Part shown: positions 20,869 to 30,537 of the stretch, piece after piece
Numbering within the stretch: the stretch's first letter is position 1
Layout: each line of letters opens with the position of its first letter
IMG/VR virus record: IMGVR_UViG_3300045988_138358
Length of the DNA stretch: 64,000 bases
From: a virus
Lineage: Duplodnaviria > Heunggongvirae > Uroviricota > Caudoviricetes
Direction: 5' to 3' (one strand)
Made by a program: the position numbers and the translations under genes
The notes under the pieces: model-generated
What the model was told of the DNA's origin: nothing
What the model saw: only the letters and a program-made list of their open reading frames with translations
Databases searched by the model: none

Positions 20869-21020
20869 TTCTATCCAAGTGCCCGGCAGGCGATTAAAGA
20901 TATTCTCAAAACAACCTCAATTATGACTCTTATTTATCTCTAATTATGTGGATTTTCGATGCCTCCTCTTTTAAAATCATGATTTGATTCTCAAATGTGT
21001 CTCAGAAGTGGAGCAAGAAG

Positions 21021-21977
21021 ATGCGCATTTTTATCGACGATGGTTCAACAAATATCAAAATGCTGTGGGAACACGACGGGGAAACTCGCACGCACATCAG
21101 CCCTAACAGCTTTAAGCGCGGATGGTCAGCAACATTTGGTGCTGGCAAGCCATTTAACTATGTCATTGACGACGAAAAGTATTCGTATGATTTGATCTCG
21201 CCAGATGTTCTGCCGACGAATAACGTGGAATGGCAATACAGCCCGCTTAACGTCCTGGCTGTTCACCACGCCCTGCTGACAAGTGGCATTGAGCCGCAGG
21301 AAGTAGAAATTGTGGTTACGCTGCCACTGGCGGAGTTTTACGACGACGACGCGCAATACAATCTCGATAACATCGAGCGCAAGAAAGCCAGCCTTATGCG
21401 CCCCGTCACGCTGAATAAAGGCAATGTATTCACGATTAAGAAAGTTACGGTACGCCCGGAGTCTATTCCGGCAGGAATTGGCCTGTGCGACAATCTGACC
21501 CCTGCCCACTCTGTTCTTATCGTCGATTTGGGTGGAACTACCCTTGATGTTTCAATGGTCGCCGGGCAAATGACGGCAGTTTCCCGTGTTTTTGGCGATT
21601 CGAATCTTGGCGTCTCTCTGGTTACCAGGGAAGTAAGGCAAGCACTTGCCAGAGCCAATACCGAAACGTCAAATTACAATGTCGATCAGCTCATTATTAA
21701 CCGCCACGATGAAGATTATCTGAACGACAATATCAATGACCCATCAGCTATTGGTGATGTGAAAAAGGCCATTGCTGCAAGTATTGACCGTCTGCGTACC
21801 CGCGTTCTTGATGTGATTGGCGATTTTAAAGGATATACGCATGTCATGGTGATCGGTGGCGGCGCACCGCTGGTGGCTGATGCAATTCGCGAGCAAGTTA
21901 ATATTCGCGATGACCGTTTCTTCGTGGCGGATGACCCGCAACTTGCTCTTGTTCATGGCCTGAAAGCAATCGGTTAA
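21021..21977 (+). CDS. parM: actin-like partition ATPase ParM/StbA
   Basis: ORF track 20997-21977 starts at GTG; ATG at 21021 has GGAG upstream. N-terminus MRIFIDDGSTNIK..ISPNSFKR closely resembles R1 ParM as I recall it. Confidence 0.75.
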   Translation: MRIFIDDGSTNIKMLWEHDGETRTHISPNSFKRGWSATFGAGKPFNYVIDDEKYSYDLISPDVLPTNNVEWQYSPLNVLAVHHALLTSGIEPQEVEIVVTLPLAEFYDDDAQYNLDNIERKKASLMRPVTLNKGNVFTIKKVTVRPESIPAGIGLCDNLTPAHSVLIVDLGGTTLDVSMVAGQMTAVSRVFGDSNLGVSLVTREVRQALARANTETSNYNVDQLIINRHDEDYLNDNINDPSAIGDVKKAIAASIDRLRTRVLDVIGDFKGYTHVMVIGGGAPLVADAIREQVNIRDDRFFVADDPQLALVHGLKAIG

Positions 21978-21983
21978 CGAGGT

Positions 21984-22328
21984 ATGTCCATGTCTCAGGA
22001 ACGTAAGAAAGTGATGATTTATCTTCGCCCAGGGGCTTATGCCAATGAAAAGGCGGCGAGCGAGAAGATAAAAAAACATAGCGATATGGCAAGAACTGCA
22101 TTGTTGGCAGGGCTTGCGCTGGGAGAAGTCGATAGCAGGCTTCCTGGATTACTGGCTTCCCTGCTGACCGAAGACAATAACCCGGAGCAGATCCGAAAAA
22201 TGCTGGCATCCTTCCTGGAATTACCTGCTGCTGTTGAGGAGCACCCTGCCGCCATTGAGCCAGCGAAGGAGCAAGTTGTTGCCAAAAGCGTGTCGGCGCG
22301 TAATCTTGCTGATTCTCTACCTGATTGA
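21984..22328 (+). CDS. parR: partition adaptor ParR-like
   Basis: ORF track 114 aa, immediately downstream of parM. Confidence 0.55.
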   Translation: MSMSQERKKVMIYLRPGAYANEKAASEKIKKHSDMARTALLAGLALGEVDSRLPGLLASLLTEDNNPEQIRKMLASFLELPAAVEEHPAAIEPAKEQVVAKSVSARNLADSLPD

Positions 22329-22347
22329 TGGTCAAAACTCTATTTTA

Positions 22348-22372
22348 AGGCTGCAAATTGCAGCCTTTTTTG
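22348..22372 (+). terminator. intrinsic terminator after parR
   Basis: Hairpin AGGCTGCA..TGCAGCCT followed by a T-run. Confidence 0.6.
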
Positions 22373-22575
22373 TTCCTTTTTGGTGTTAAAATGGCATCAA
22401 AGCGACACCAAATGGGCGTCGTTAATGTACTGGTGCATACTTGGTGCTAATTTAGTGCTATTCAGGCGCAAAACGTGTACCAGTATCCATCGGATTTGAT
22501 GTTATACTTCCGGCATTAAGAATGGTGCTATTGCTGTACCGTTGATGTGTAAAAGTGGTGCCGTTTTAGTGTAAA
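22372..22575. repeat. dispersed GGTG(C/T)TA and GTACCAGT motifs upstream of parA
   Basis: About eight copies seen directly; candidate centromere/operator for the ParA-RHH pair. Confidence 0.45.
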
Positions 22576-22600
22576 AATAGAGCCAAAATAAAGCCGAGGT

Positions 22601-23248
22601 ATGGACATGATTATCCTGGTAGCAAGTCAAAAGGGAGGCTGTGGCAAGTCAACCACCAGCGTCAATATTTGTGCCGAGCTGGCCCGAAAAAACAAAGATG
22701 TCGTCTTGATTGATGCTGATAAGCAGGGAACGGCAGCTCGATGGGCGTCAGACCGTAATTCGTCCGAAGTGACACCAGTTATTCATTGCGTCCAGAAGTT
22801 TGGAAATATTCGAGAAACTCTGCTCGATCTTAACAATCGATATGAATACGTGGTTGTTGATACCGCAGGTCGTGATAGTAAAGAGATGCGCACAGGTATA
22901 ACGGCGGCGGATATTCTATTGGTTCCATTCAGGCCGTCTCAGCCAGATTTGGACACGCTGGCACACTTTGTTGAGGTGTTTGAAGAGGCTTTGGATCTGA
23001 TGCCTAATCCCAATATTAAGGCGTGCGCAGTCTTAACTATGGCCCCGTCAAATCCGGTTGTGAATGAAGCAAATGAGGCCAAAGAGTATCTGGCAGAATA
23101 TCCGCAACTGAAATTGCTGAAAACCATTATTCGCGATCGCAAGGTTTACCGCGACTGCATGGCTGAAGGAAAGGGTGTTGTTGAGATGGATAACGGTAAG
23201 GCGAAAGGTGAAATTCAGATGTTAGTTAAGGAGTTGCTAAGTGATTAA
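22601..23248 (+). CDS. parA: small ParA-family partition ATPase
   Basis: ORF track 215 aa; deviant Walker A KGGCGKST; ATG and SD confirmed. Confidence 0.75.
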   Translation: MDMIILVASQKGGCGKSTTSVNICAELARKNKDVVLIDADKQGTAARWASDRNSSEVTPVIHCVQKFGNIRETLLDLNNRYEYVVVDTAGRDSKEMRTGITAADILLVPFRPSQPDLDTLAHFVEVFEEALDLMPNPNIKACAVLTMAPSNPVVNEANEAKEYLAEYPQLKLLKTIIRDRKVYRDCMAEGKGVVEMDNGKAKGEIQMLVKELLSD

Positions 23249-23525
23249 ACGTCGAGAACCAGCTAAAGCGCCTAAGGCTACTGATCCGGAACTTGAGCGA
23301 AGAATTGAAGAGTTCGCCAGCAAAGCGGATTTAATCCCGGATGAAATTACAACGGGGAAGGTGCTTGATAAAGATGCGCCGCGCGACTTTAAATCCATAC
23401 GCGTGAGCTTTAATGAATATGAGTACGGGGTGCTCGATGCGTTAAGCAAAAAGCTTAACCGCAGCAAATTGAACCTGATTCGACATGCCATCCTCATGCT
23501 TGCTGAGTCAGAGGATGCTAAATGA
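23241..23525 (+). CDS. RHH DNA-binding partner (ParG-like)
   Basis: ORF track 94 aa; overlaps the parA stop. Confidence 0.45.
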   Translation: MIKRREPAKAPKATDPELERRIEEFASKADLIPDEITTGKVLDKDAPRDFKSIRVSFNEYEYGVLDALSKKLNRSKLNLIRHAILMLAESEDAK

Positions 23526-23644
23526 TACCGATTTGATGCCTTATTGGCGTCTATCGTGTACCAGTGCAATAATGTGTCAAAGTGGTGCCATAATGGTGTT
23601 AATATACAGCCATATTGATATCAAATTGACACTGTATCGGCATC

Positions 23645-23669
23645 AAAAAGCCCCAGGCGGGGCTTTTTC
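23645..23669. terminator. bidirectional intrinsic terminator between the parA-RHH pair and dam
   Basis: GC hairpin flanked by A-run and T-run. Confidence 0.6.
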
Positions 23670-24577
23670 TATTTGAGCGTTGCAATGATATCGTTAGCGA
23701 CTATTCGCGTGGATGCTTTGCATGACACGGACCGTCTGGCTGGCATGTGGTACAGCTTAAAACCGTTTCTTTCGTACAATTCGCGAATTTTTGGCGCGCC
23801 ACTGTTTGTTATTACTATCTTTGCACCGCGCTGGTGGGCCGCCACCAACAGTGATACAAGCCGTTTTTGTTCATCGAAAAGGAAGCTATTTCCTGAATAG
23901 CTGGTAAATCCCTCTGTATCTGGCAGCGGCTCATACGGCGGATCACAAAAAATCACATCGTCTTCACCAGCCGCCTCGATGACACCAGCAAAGTCACCTG
24001 ATACAAAGGAAGTGTTTTTGAGTACGTCATCAGCCAAAAATGCCTTCATCTCTGCATGTGGGAAGTAGGGCGCTTTGTATTTGCCATACCCCACGTTGAA
24101 CTCGCCATTTTGGTTGTACCGCGTTACGCCATTAAAACAGTGACGATTAAGGTACAAAAATGCGGCAGCATGATGTAGTTGGTCATACTTTCCTCTGTTA
24201 AATGCCTCACGCACTTCGAGGTAAGCGTCAGCGTTGTTGTAATTTTTGAAAAAACTATATGACAGCGTGACGAGCGAATGTCCTTCTCGCTGCAATGTCT
24301 GATAGAAGTTAATCAGGTCACCGTTAATATCATTAAGCAGGTTGTGGCGAAATCCTGCATTCGTAAATACGGAACCGCCACCAACGAATGGTTCTATTAA
24401 CCGCTTACCGTGTGGTAGATGCTCAAGCACTGTAGGCAATTCTGAGAATTTACCACCTACCCATTTGAATATCGGACGCTCATATTCATCCGGAGTCCGA
24501 ATGGTGCGCATATAGCTAATTTCAGCCATCGTATCCTGTTTTTCTATGGCTATGCTTGCTATAGATTTACTCATAGA
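23669..24577 (-). CDS. dam: DNA adenine methyltransferase (Dam family)
   Basis: ORF track 23669-24670; FKWVGGK and DPPY motifs; ATG at 24577 (MSKS..) has AAGGGGG upstream, the track N-terminal extension is probably not translated. Confidence 0.8.
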   Translation of the reverse strand, partial: SMSKSIASIAIEKQDTMAEISYMRTIRTPDEYERPIFKWVGGKFSELPTVLEHLPHGKRLIEPFVGGGSVFTNAGFRHNLLNDINGDLINFYQTLQREGHSLVTLSYSFFKNYNNADAYLEVREAFNRGKYDQLHHAAAFLYLNRHCFNGVTRYNQNGEFNVGYGKYKAPYFPHAEMKAFLADDVLKNTSFVSGDFAGVIEAAGEDDVIFCDPPYEPLPDTEGFTSYSGNSFLFDEQKRLVSLLVAAHQRGAKIVITNSGAPKIRELYERNGFKLYHMPARRSVSCKASTRIVANDIIATLK

Positions 24578-25319
24578 GCACCCCCTTATTCGCTTCGAAA
24601 ACTGCCTTTGCGAATCCATGTGGAGTAGCACTTCGAAAATTAGCCCTGTCAGGCCCTGGTGGCGCGGCATGGATTCTGTTATCTGGCTTGCCTAATGATT
24701 CGTCCATTAGGGCATCAGGCATGACAAAGCCCTGGCCGCTCCAGAGGCATGTTTTTTTTGTGTAGTTATCTTCCTGACAATATGCAGTGAAGAAGTAAGG
24801 GTGAAAGATGTGATCTGGCTTACGCCAGAATGTCGATATTTTGCTGACCGGATTTTCAATCATGTACGGACAACCGATCATCTTTGCAATGTCATAACAC
24901 TGCCAGACAACCTGCATTGCTTTGAACTGGAAAACCGGATCTTTATTAGCCTTGTCCGAAAACCAGCGCGCGCCGGAAACAGCCAGGTCAGTACACGGTG
25001 GGAACCCGGCCAGAAACACGATGCGCTGCAAATTCTTACGGAGAAAAGCGTATACTTCATCGCTATCGATGATCGCACTAATACGCGTCAGAACGGCACC
25101 TGATTGCATCCGCTCGTCACTGGTCGATAAGTGCTGTGGATCGACGATAGCGGCATCGACACCGTATTCCAGCCAGGGGGCAACCATTGCCCCCGTAAAA
25201 TCACAAAGACTCACAACAAGCTGTCGGTTATTATCGTTCTGCTTCACCGCCAATGGCCTCCACCAGCGCGTTAAACAGTGCAGATAATTCGCCCGTAAAG
25301 AGCACGAAATCAGCATCAA
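24567..25319 (-). CDS. C5-cytosine methyltransferase-like protein, short
   Basis: ORF track 250 aa; motif IV-like GFPPC and ENP; too short for a complete C5 enzyme; overlaps dam start. Confidence 0.4.
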   Translation of the reverse strand: MMLISCSLRANYLHCLTRWWRPLAVKQNDNNRQLVVSLCDFTGAMVAPWLEYGVDAAIVDPQHLSTSDERMQSGAVLTRISAIIDSDEVYAFLRKNLQRIVFLAGFPPCTDLAVSGARWFSDKANKDPVFQFKAMQVVWQCYDIAKMIGCPYMIENPVSKISTFWRKPDHIFHPYFFTAYCQEDNYTKKTCLWSGQGFVMPDALMDESLGKPDNRIHAAPPGPDRANFRSATPHGFAKAVFEANKGVLYE

Positions 25320-26136
25320 ATCGTTGTGCTACATCCTCCCGGTCGATATCGTCGTTCTGGTCATAGAGATCATCACAGAATGTCAGGGCTTTGATACTCA
25401 TATCATCGTTGACTCTGAACGACGCACGGTCCATCCAGTTAATTGCAACGGTCGTAGCTACTTTCCCCGCCTCAATGTGAGACATAATCTCGTCGGACTG
25501 TAGATCAACTTTGTTGCAGCGAACGGCACCACCATTATCGAGCAGACCCTTTAATGTGGCGTCTTCACCTGCTGTAAATCCGGCAGGGAAGCCGCTTTTA
25601 AACCACTCGGTCATTGTAATTTCCAGCGGTTCGCGTGGTGTGAATGGAATGACAGGCAGGCTGCCGAGCGACTTTCGCAATAAAGCCAGCTGGTCCTCTG
25701 CCTTTTTGGCGCTGCTTGCCTCAACGAATACCAGATGGTTGCTGCGGTCGATCAGGATTTTGGCGAGTGATTTTCTCGTGAACGCGCGAGGCAAAAGTGA
25801 ATGCAGGACTTCATCTTTAAGACTGTCTCTTTCCGTTTTCTTCAGCTTGCGGGCTTGCTCTTCTTCGAGTTTCAGGACTTTTTTCTGCAACTCTTCCTTG
25901 AGCACCTGCGAGGGGAGAATTTTTTCTTCTCGCTTATGCTGTATTAGCAGAAAACCCTGGTATTCATGGGTGAGGTTGTCACCAAGAACAGGTGTCCAAC
26001 CGACTTTAGCTGTGTCCTGAGAACCGCAAGGAGTAAACACGAATTTGCTAAGAGCATCGGATACTTCTGCGGCACTCCAGTTAACTTCACGTGAAAGACG
26101 ATAGATGAAGATGTTTTTGAAAGCGACTGATCTCAT
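25231..26136 (-). CDS. rdgC: recombination-associated protein RdgC-like
   Basis: ORF track 301 aa; N-terminal pattern matches RdgC as I recall it. Confidence 0.6.
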   Translation of the reverse strand: MRSVAFKNIFIYRLSREVNWSAAEVSDALSKFVFTPCGSQDTAKVGWTPVLGDNLTHEYQGFLLIQHKREEKILPSQVLKEELQKKVLKLEEEQARKLKKTERDSLKDEVLHSLLPRAFTRKSLAKILIDRSNHLVFVEASSAKKAEDQLALLRKSLGSLPVIPFTPREPLEITMTEWFKSGFPAGFTAGEDATLKGLLDNGGAVRCNKVDLQSDEIMSHIEAGKVATTVAINWMDRASFRVNDDMSIKALTFCDDLYDQNDDIDREDVAQRFDADFVLFTGELSALFNALVEAIGGEAER

Positions 26137-26143
26137 GTTTCAC

Positions 26144-26185
26144 CAATTGTGTTAGAAAATTCTATTCAATTATCTAACACAATTG
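26144..26185. promoter_or_regulatory. operator-like perfect inverted repeat CAATTGTGTTAGA-N16-TCTAACACAATTG
   Basis: 13-bp perfect arms, 16-bp spacer, ends ~8 nt upstream of the rdgC start. Confidence 0.6.
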
Positions 26186-26195
26186 GATGTGTTTT

Positions 26196-26849
26196 CTATC
26201 CCTTCTTGAAATCAAAGTTGCTTGCGATGGCCTGGAAGGTGCCTCCAGCCTTGAAATCAATATTTTCGTCGGCTGTCACAGTAATGTTTTTGCCATTAAC
26301 GCTGATGTTATCGGCTGATTTGACGTTAACACTCCCTCCCGCATTCACTACTACATCAGCCGGACCAATGATGTATATCTGCCCTGATTCATTCATTCCA
26401 ATCCTTGAGCCTGCTGCCGTATTCGCTATTTCATATCCACCGCCAGCCGTTCGCACTTCGAGCACATTGTTGCGGTGAATCACGAAATCTTTTGTCGCCG
26501 AAAATTGCGGGCGGGGAGGCGCTCCGTCTACTTCTGGTGGCGTCCAGCCGCTACCATTGCCTGACGCCTCCGGCGCGACGTTTGGTACTCCTCCAGGCGC
26601 ATCCTGAGCTGCGCCAACTATCATTGGGCGTCTGGTATCAATTCGACCATTAACATCCAGATAAGGAAACTCTACCCATACCAGGTCGCCTTTTACTGTA
26701 GGTACAAACGCGTTACCTATGGGTAACAGGTATTCTGCCCAGGGTAGATCGTCATCAGGAACGCCATTCCAGTCTGGTAAAACACGGACCTGAGCACGCA
26801 TAAGCCCTGCCGGGTGCACAGTTCCAACAATTTGCGCTCTACGCTTCAT
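26196..26849 (-). CDS. baseplate central spike, gpV-like (tentative)
   Basis: ORF track 217 aa; beta-helix-like C-terminal repeats. Confidence 0.4.
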   Translation of the reverse strand: MKRRAQIVGTVHPAGLMRAQVRVLPDWNGVPDDDLPWAEYLLPIGNAFVPTVKGDLVWVEFPYLDVNGRIDTRRPMIVGAAQDAPGGVPNVAPEASGNGSGWTPPEVDGAPPRPQFSATKDFVIHRNNVLEVRTAGGGYEIANTAAGSRIGMNESGQIYIIGPADVVVNAGGSVNVKSADNISVNGKNITVTADENIDFKAGGTFQAIASNFDFKKG

Positions 26850-27826
26850 TTGTTCGGCACTCCTAATATCATTCGTGTTGTGTAGCCTACGCGGTCTTCA
26901 AAGTGCGCAACATTTTTTACTATCAGCTTGCGGGGCATTGATTCATCAATGCGGTTTTCCTGGTCATAGCGGTATACGATAATCTCTATTACCATTCCCG
27001 GTTTTATATCCGGATTGCCTGCGACTTCTATATCCATTTTGGGGACGAGAGACAGCTGCATATTGCGAAGAGTTTCCATATCAGAGTCGGATATATAACG
27101 CACTGGGAGTGAGCTATCGCCATATTCGACGTAGCCATCGGTCATGGAATACCCAACAAAACGATATTGATTCTTTGCTGTTGTCGCATGTTCCTGTTGG
27201 AGTAGGCGCATTTTGGACAAAGTGTATTCTGCTTTAGGGTTATTCCCCTCGTAGGTAAATGATGGCGTTTGCTTCATCAGATCAGCCAGGGTGTAAAAGT
27301 TAAATTCCCCACGGCATACCCAACATAATGCACCTTTGTCTCGCGCTATCTGCGAGAGCATTTTTGACGGTTTGTCACCGGCATTCAGATGATATGTAAC
27401 TGCGCGTTTTAGCACGCTGCTGGTAATTTTAAGCTTGCCGGAATATGCCTTGAATATAGCGTCTGGTGTTTTGTTGGTATGTAAATTTGTGCGCGGGGAG
27501 GGGATCTTAAACCTGCGCACGTCTTCACTGACAGCAATAACGGTAACAACATCACCAGCCAGCATTGCAGACGTAACAAAGAAGTCTGTTTTAAAAGTGC
27601 CTGCATTACCGTTTGGATCGCCCATTTCAGCCACCAGCGATGCACCGTATTTGGCTTTCCAGTCATCAATTACAGTGCCGGTAGCGTCATGAATTTCCAG
27701 TTTTAGCAAAGGGGCTTTGAGGCTGGTTTTTTCTACATATACTGCGGTAAAAATCCAGTCTCGTGGCACTTTGTTATCGTTAATGAGCACTGACTGTAGA
27801 AAATATTGTTGTAACTCCTGGGCCAC
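26846..27826 (-). CDS. hypothetical baseplate hub candidate
   Basis: ORF track 326 aa; overlaps the spike gene start. Confidence 0.3.
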   Translation of the reverse strand: MAQELQQYFLQSVLINDNKVPRDWIFTAVYVEKTSLKAPLLKLEIHDATGTVIDDWKAKYGASLVAEMGDPNGNAGTFKTDFFVTSAMLAGDVVTVIAVSEDVRRFKIPSPRTNLHTNKTPDAIFKAYSGKLKITSSVLKRAVTYHLNAGDKPSKMLSQIARDKGALCWVCRGEFNFYTLADLMKQTPSFTYEGNNPKAEYTLSKMRLLQQEHATTAKNQYRFVGYSMTDGYVEYGDSSLPVRYISDSDMETLRNMQLSLVPKMDIEVAGNPDIKPGMVIEIIVYRYDQENRIDESMPRKLIVKNVAHFEDRVGYTTRMILGVPNK

Positions 27827-27829
27827 TTA

Positions 27830-28597
27830 TCACCCCATAGATATCGAGGTTTCGGTAATAATACGTTTTGCGTCCAACTCCCATGCTGTGATCACGTCTG
27901 CAATCACACTTATCGGCGCTTGTGTGGCATAAATACGCTCTTCTCCAATTGGTGCCGAAACATCCGTAAATCCGACTTCTTTGGCATCCTGTATCGAGCA
28001 AATCAGCGGGACCGGGACACGAACAAGGTGAGTGGTTGCTTCAAATTGTGTACCTGTCATCAGGCGAAGCCGTGCGCCCAGCGAATTACACATCAGACTC
28101 ATGGTCGCTTTATCAGTTGCCATTAACGTAACGTCATACGTCAGAATGGCCTGGGTGTATTCCAGTTCTGCTAAAGGCATTCCGGTATCCGGTTCGCAAA
28201 AACTGGCTACTTTTTTGCGGTCAATCTGCTGATCATCGTTGATATAATTGATATCCATAGTGCGTGAGATATTGACCAGGGGGAGAGCATCCCGGTTAAT
28301 GTTCTGGTTTTCAGGTTTTCTCCCTTGCCCGGCATTTGCGCGACGAACTGCTTTAAGAAACTCGATCGCATTGTCGAAACGGGCCACATAGACACGCTCT
28401 GCTGGTGGACGATTCAGGAATGACGCAAAGCGTTTTTCTTCCGGCGCGGGGGCCACCAGTAAGATATCAGAAAAGATATTGCTGATTAGCGTAGCAAACG
28501 CGTTATCCACGTTTTCAAAGCCCGTGGTCTGGAATTTTCCTGTGCGTGAGGTTTGCCATTCACCTGTTCGCGCCAGGAGGGTTTTATTTGAAGTCAT
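27830..28597 (-). CDS. hypothetical protein
   Basis: ORF track 255 aa. Confidence 0.3.
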   Translation of the reverse strand: MTSNKTLLARTGEWQTSRTGKFQTTGFENVDNAFATLISNIFSDILLVAPAPEEKRFASFLNRPPAERVYVARFDNAIEFLKAVRRANAGQGRKPENQNINRDALPLVNISRTMDINYINDDQQIDRKKVASFCEPDTGMPLAELEYTQAILTYDVTLMATDKATMSLMCNSLGARLRLMTGTQFEATTHLVRVPVPLICSIQDAKEVGFTDVSAPIGEERIYATQAPISVIADVITAWELDAKRIITETSISMG

Positions 28598-29487
28598 TCG
28601 ATCACTCCGTTTTGAGTCGTATCAAAATTCCTGGCAGGTATGCAGTAGTAAAGCGAACCAACATGCTGTGTGCCGTAGCTAAAAATACGGTGCACGTACC
28701 ACCAGCGGCGGGCTACGCCGTTTACCATCTCTTCATTCCATTCAAGAATTGATCCGACGGGGACGTTATTTGCTGCAATACGCAGAATCAGAACATCATC
28801 GGTTAAGCCATCCTGCTCACCGTCTGCGTCAATCGCATGGAAAGAGTCACGCCCGTCCGGGTTATCCAGCACATAAACGATTTCAGGTTCCTGGTAAGTC
28901 AGTTCGCGCTGGTTGTTATCCAGTTCAGTGAATGACTCTTCTCCTGTTTCGTCGCTGACTACCCCATATGTGCCAACATCTGGTCGATATAAGAGAGCCT
29001 GAAACGCGTCTGGGCTGGATTCAATAATCAGCATCCAGTCTGCGCGGATTTGGTCGTTAAAGGCTTTATGCCCGTTATAGCGTGCTTTTAGCTGTGGAGT
29101 TGGTTCTCTGCCAGCCAGGGAAGGTGGAAGTATGGCTATATCTGATTCGGCAGCATCCGGAGTAAGGCCAGCGTTGCTATCAGCAAAATTATCATGGCTA
29201 TCAGCTTTGGCGGCGGGTTGCTCTTCCAGAATGCTGAATGAATCCGAACCGGTATTGCCATGTTCCGGCGCACCTCCTGCATTCGCTTCAATCGGCGCTG
29301 GCGTTTCTCTCTGCGTGCTGTCATGTTCTGACTCCTTACTTGCCAGGTTTGCATCGTCAGCAAACCATTCGTCAAAACGGCCCATAAGCATCCTCAAAGG
29401 TCGATCTGTCAGGTATCGAAAGGAAGATTTTCGGGAGATTGTGATTTTGGATGAAGGAGGGGGAATCCATAAAATGCACTTGCGCAC
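28594..29487 (-). CDS. hypothetical acidic protein
   Basis: ORF track 297 aa; true start may be the ATG near 29385 with GAGG upstream. Confidence 0.3.
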   Translation of the reverse strand: MRKCILWIPPPSSKITISRKSSFRYLTDRPLRMLMGRFDEWFADDANLASKESEHDSTQRETPAPIEANAGGAPEHGNTGSDSFSILEEQPAAKADSHDNFADSNAGLTPDAAESDIAILPPSLAGREPTPQLKARYNGHKAFNDQIRADWMLIIESSPDAFQALLYRPDVGTYGVVSDETGEESFTELDNNQRELTYQEPEIVYVLDNPDGRDSFHAIDADGEQDGLTDDVLILRIAANNVPVGSILEWNEEMVNGVARRWWYVHRIFSYGTQHVGSLYYCIPARNFDTTQNGVIE

Positions 29488-29547
29488 AGTGCAACAGTGC
29501 GCTATAGTTATGGCATTCGGTAATCATCACGGAGGATCAAATGACTA

Positions 29548-29850
29548 ATGACCAAAAAAATTAACATAAAGGATTTCAGGGATGCGTGGCTTGATGATTT
29601 TTTTGAATTTTCAACACCACATAGAAAGATACCTCCTGATATTCATATGACATTGTCACGGAAGTTGGACATTATCAATGCCGCAACTACCTGTAAGGAT
29701 TTAAGATCACCACCAGGTAATCGGTATGAGGAACTGTCAGGGAAGCTAAATGGCTATTCATCAGTAAGGGTGAATAAGCAATATAGGTTAATTTTTAAGT
29801 GGGTTAACGGAAAGGCCGAGGACTTGTATCTCGACCCTCACAAATACTAA
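29548..29850 (+). CDS. higB: HigB-type killer toxin
   Basis: ORF track 100 aa; C-terminus matches the HigB/killer-protein family pattern as I recall it; toxin-first order. Confidence 0.7.
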   Translation: MTKKINIKDFRDAWLDDFFEFSTPHRKIPPDIHMTLSRKLDIINAATTCKDLRSPPGNRYEELSGKLNGYSSVRVNKQYRLIFKWVNGKAEDLYLDPHKY

Positions 29851-29920
29851 AACAGATACCCGGTTACGGACCGGGTTCTGACCAGAGTCCACTTAATACG
29901 CACGCTAGTAAGGGCAAAAA

Positions 29921-30259
29921 ATGAAACAGGCAACCAGAAAACCGACGACCGTAGGTGATATCCTTCTGTACGAATACCTGGAGCCGTTAGAGCTGAAGAT
30001 CAACGAGTTAGCAGAAATACTTCATGTTCATCGTAACACCGTAAGTGCTCTTGTTAATAATAATCGTAAGCTAACGATGGATATGGCATATCGCCTGGCA
30101 AAAGCATTCGATACTTCTGTAGATTTTTGGATTAATCTTCAGACCGCAGTAGATCTGTGGGAAGTCGAAAATGATATGCGCGTTCAGGAAGAGTTAAGTC
30201 GTATCAATACTGCTGAAAAATTTATTTCTCAGCGGAACCTGAATAAAAAAGCAGCCTGA
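29921..30259 (+). CDS. higA: HigA-type HTH antitoxin
   Basis: ORF track 112 aa; XRE-type HTH. Confidence 0.7.
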   Translation: MKQATRKPTTVGDILLYEYLEPLELKINELAEILHVHRNTVSALVNNNRKLTMDMAYRLAKAFDTSVDFWINLQTAVDLWEVENDMRVQEELSRINTAEKFISQRNLNKKAA

Positions 30260-30276
30260 TATAGTAAAACACATAC

Positions 30277-30309
30277 AAAAAGCCCACTTAGCAAGTGGGC
30301 TTTCCTTTG
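30277..30309 (+). terminator. intrinsic terminator after higA
   Basis: Hairpin AGCCCACTT-agca-AGTGGGCT then a T-rich tract. Confidence 0.55.
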
Positions 30310-30315
30310 TAATTA

Positions 30316-30516
30316 ATGAACATTAAACCTATCCGTACAGAACAAGATTATGAGGCCGCACTGCGTGCGGTCGAACCGATGTTCGATAACGAACCGGAAA
30401 TGAATACTCCGGAAGGTGATTTCTTTGAGGTTATGAGTCTTCTCATTGAGGAGTACGAGAAGAAACATTACCCAATTCAGCCACCATCACCTGTTGAATC
30501 TTTTAACTATCCATAA
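30316..30516 (+). pseudogene. truncated antitoxin-like gene: N-terminal domain only, HTH domain missing
   Basis: ORF track 66 aa; the ORF stops where the AT-rich insert begins. Confidence 0.45.
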
Positions 30517-30537
30517 TAAAAGTAATCAGGATAAGCT

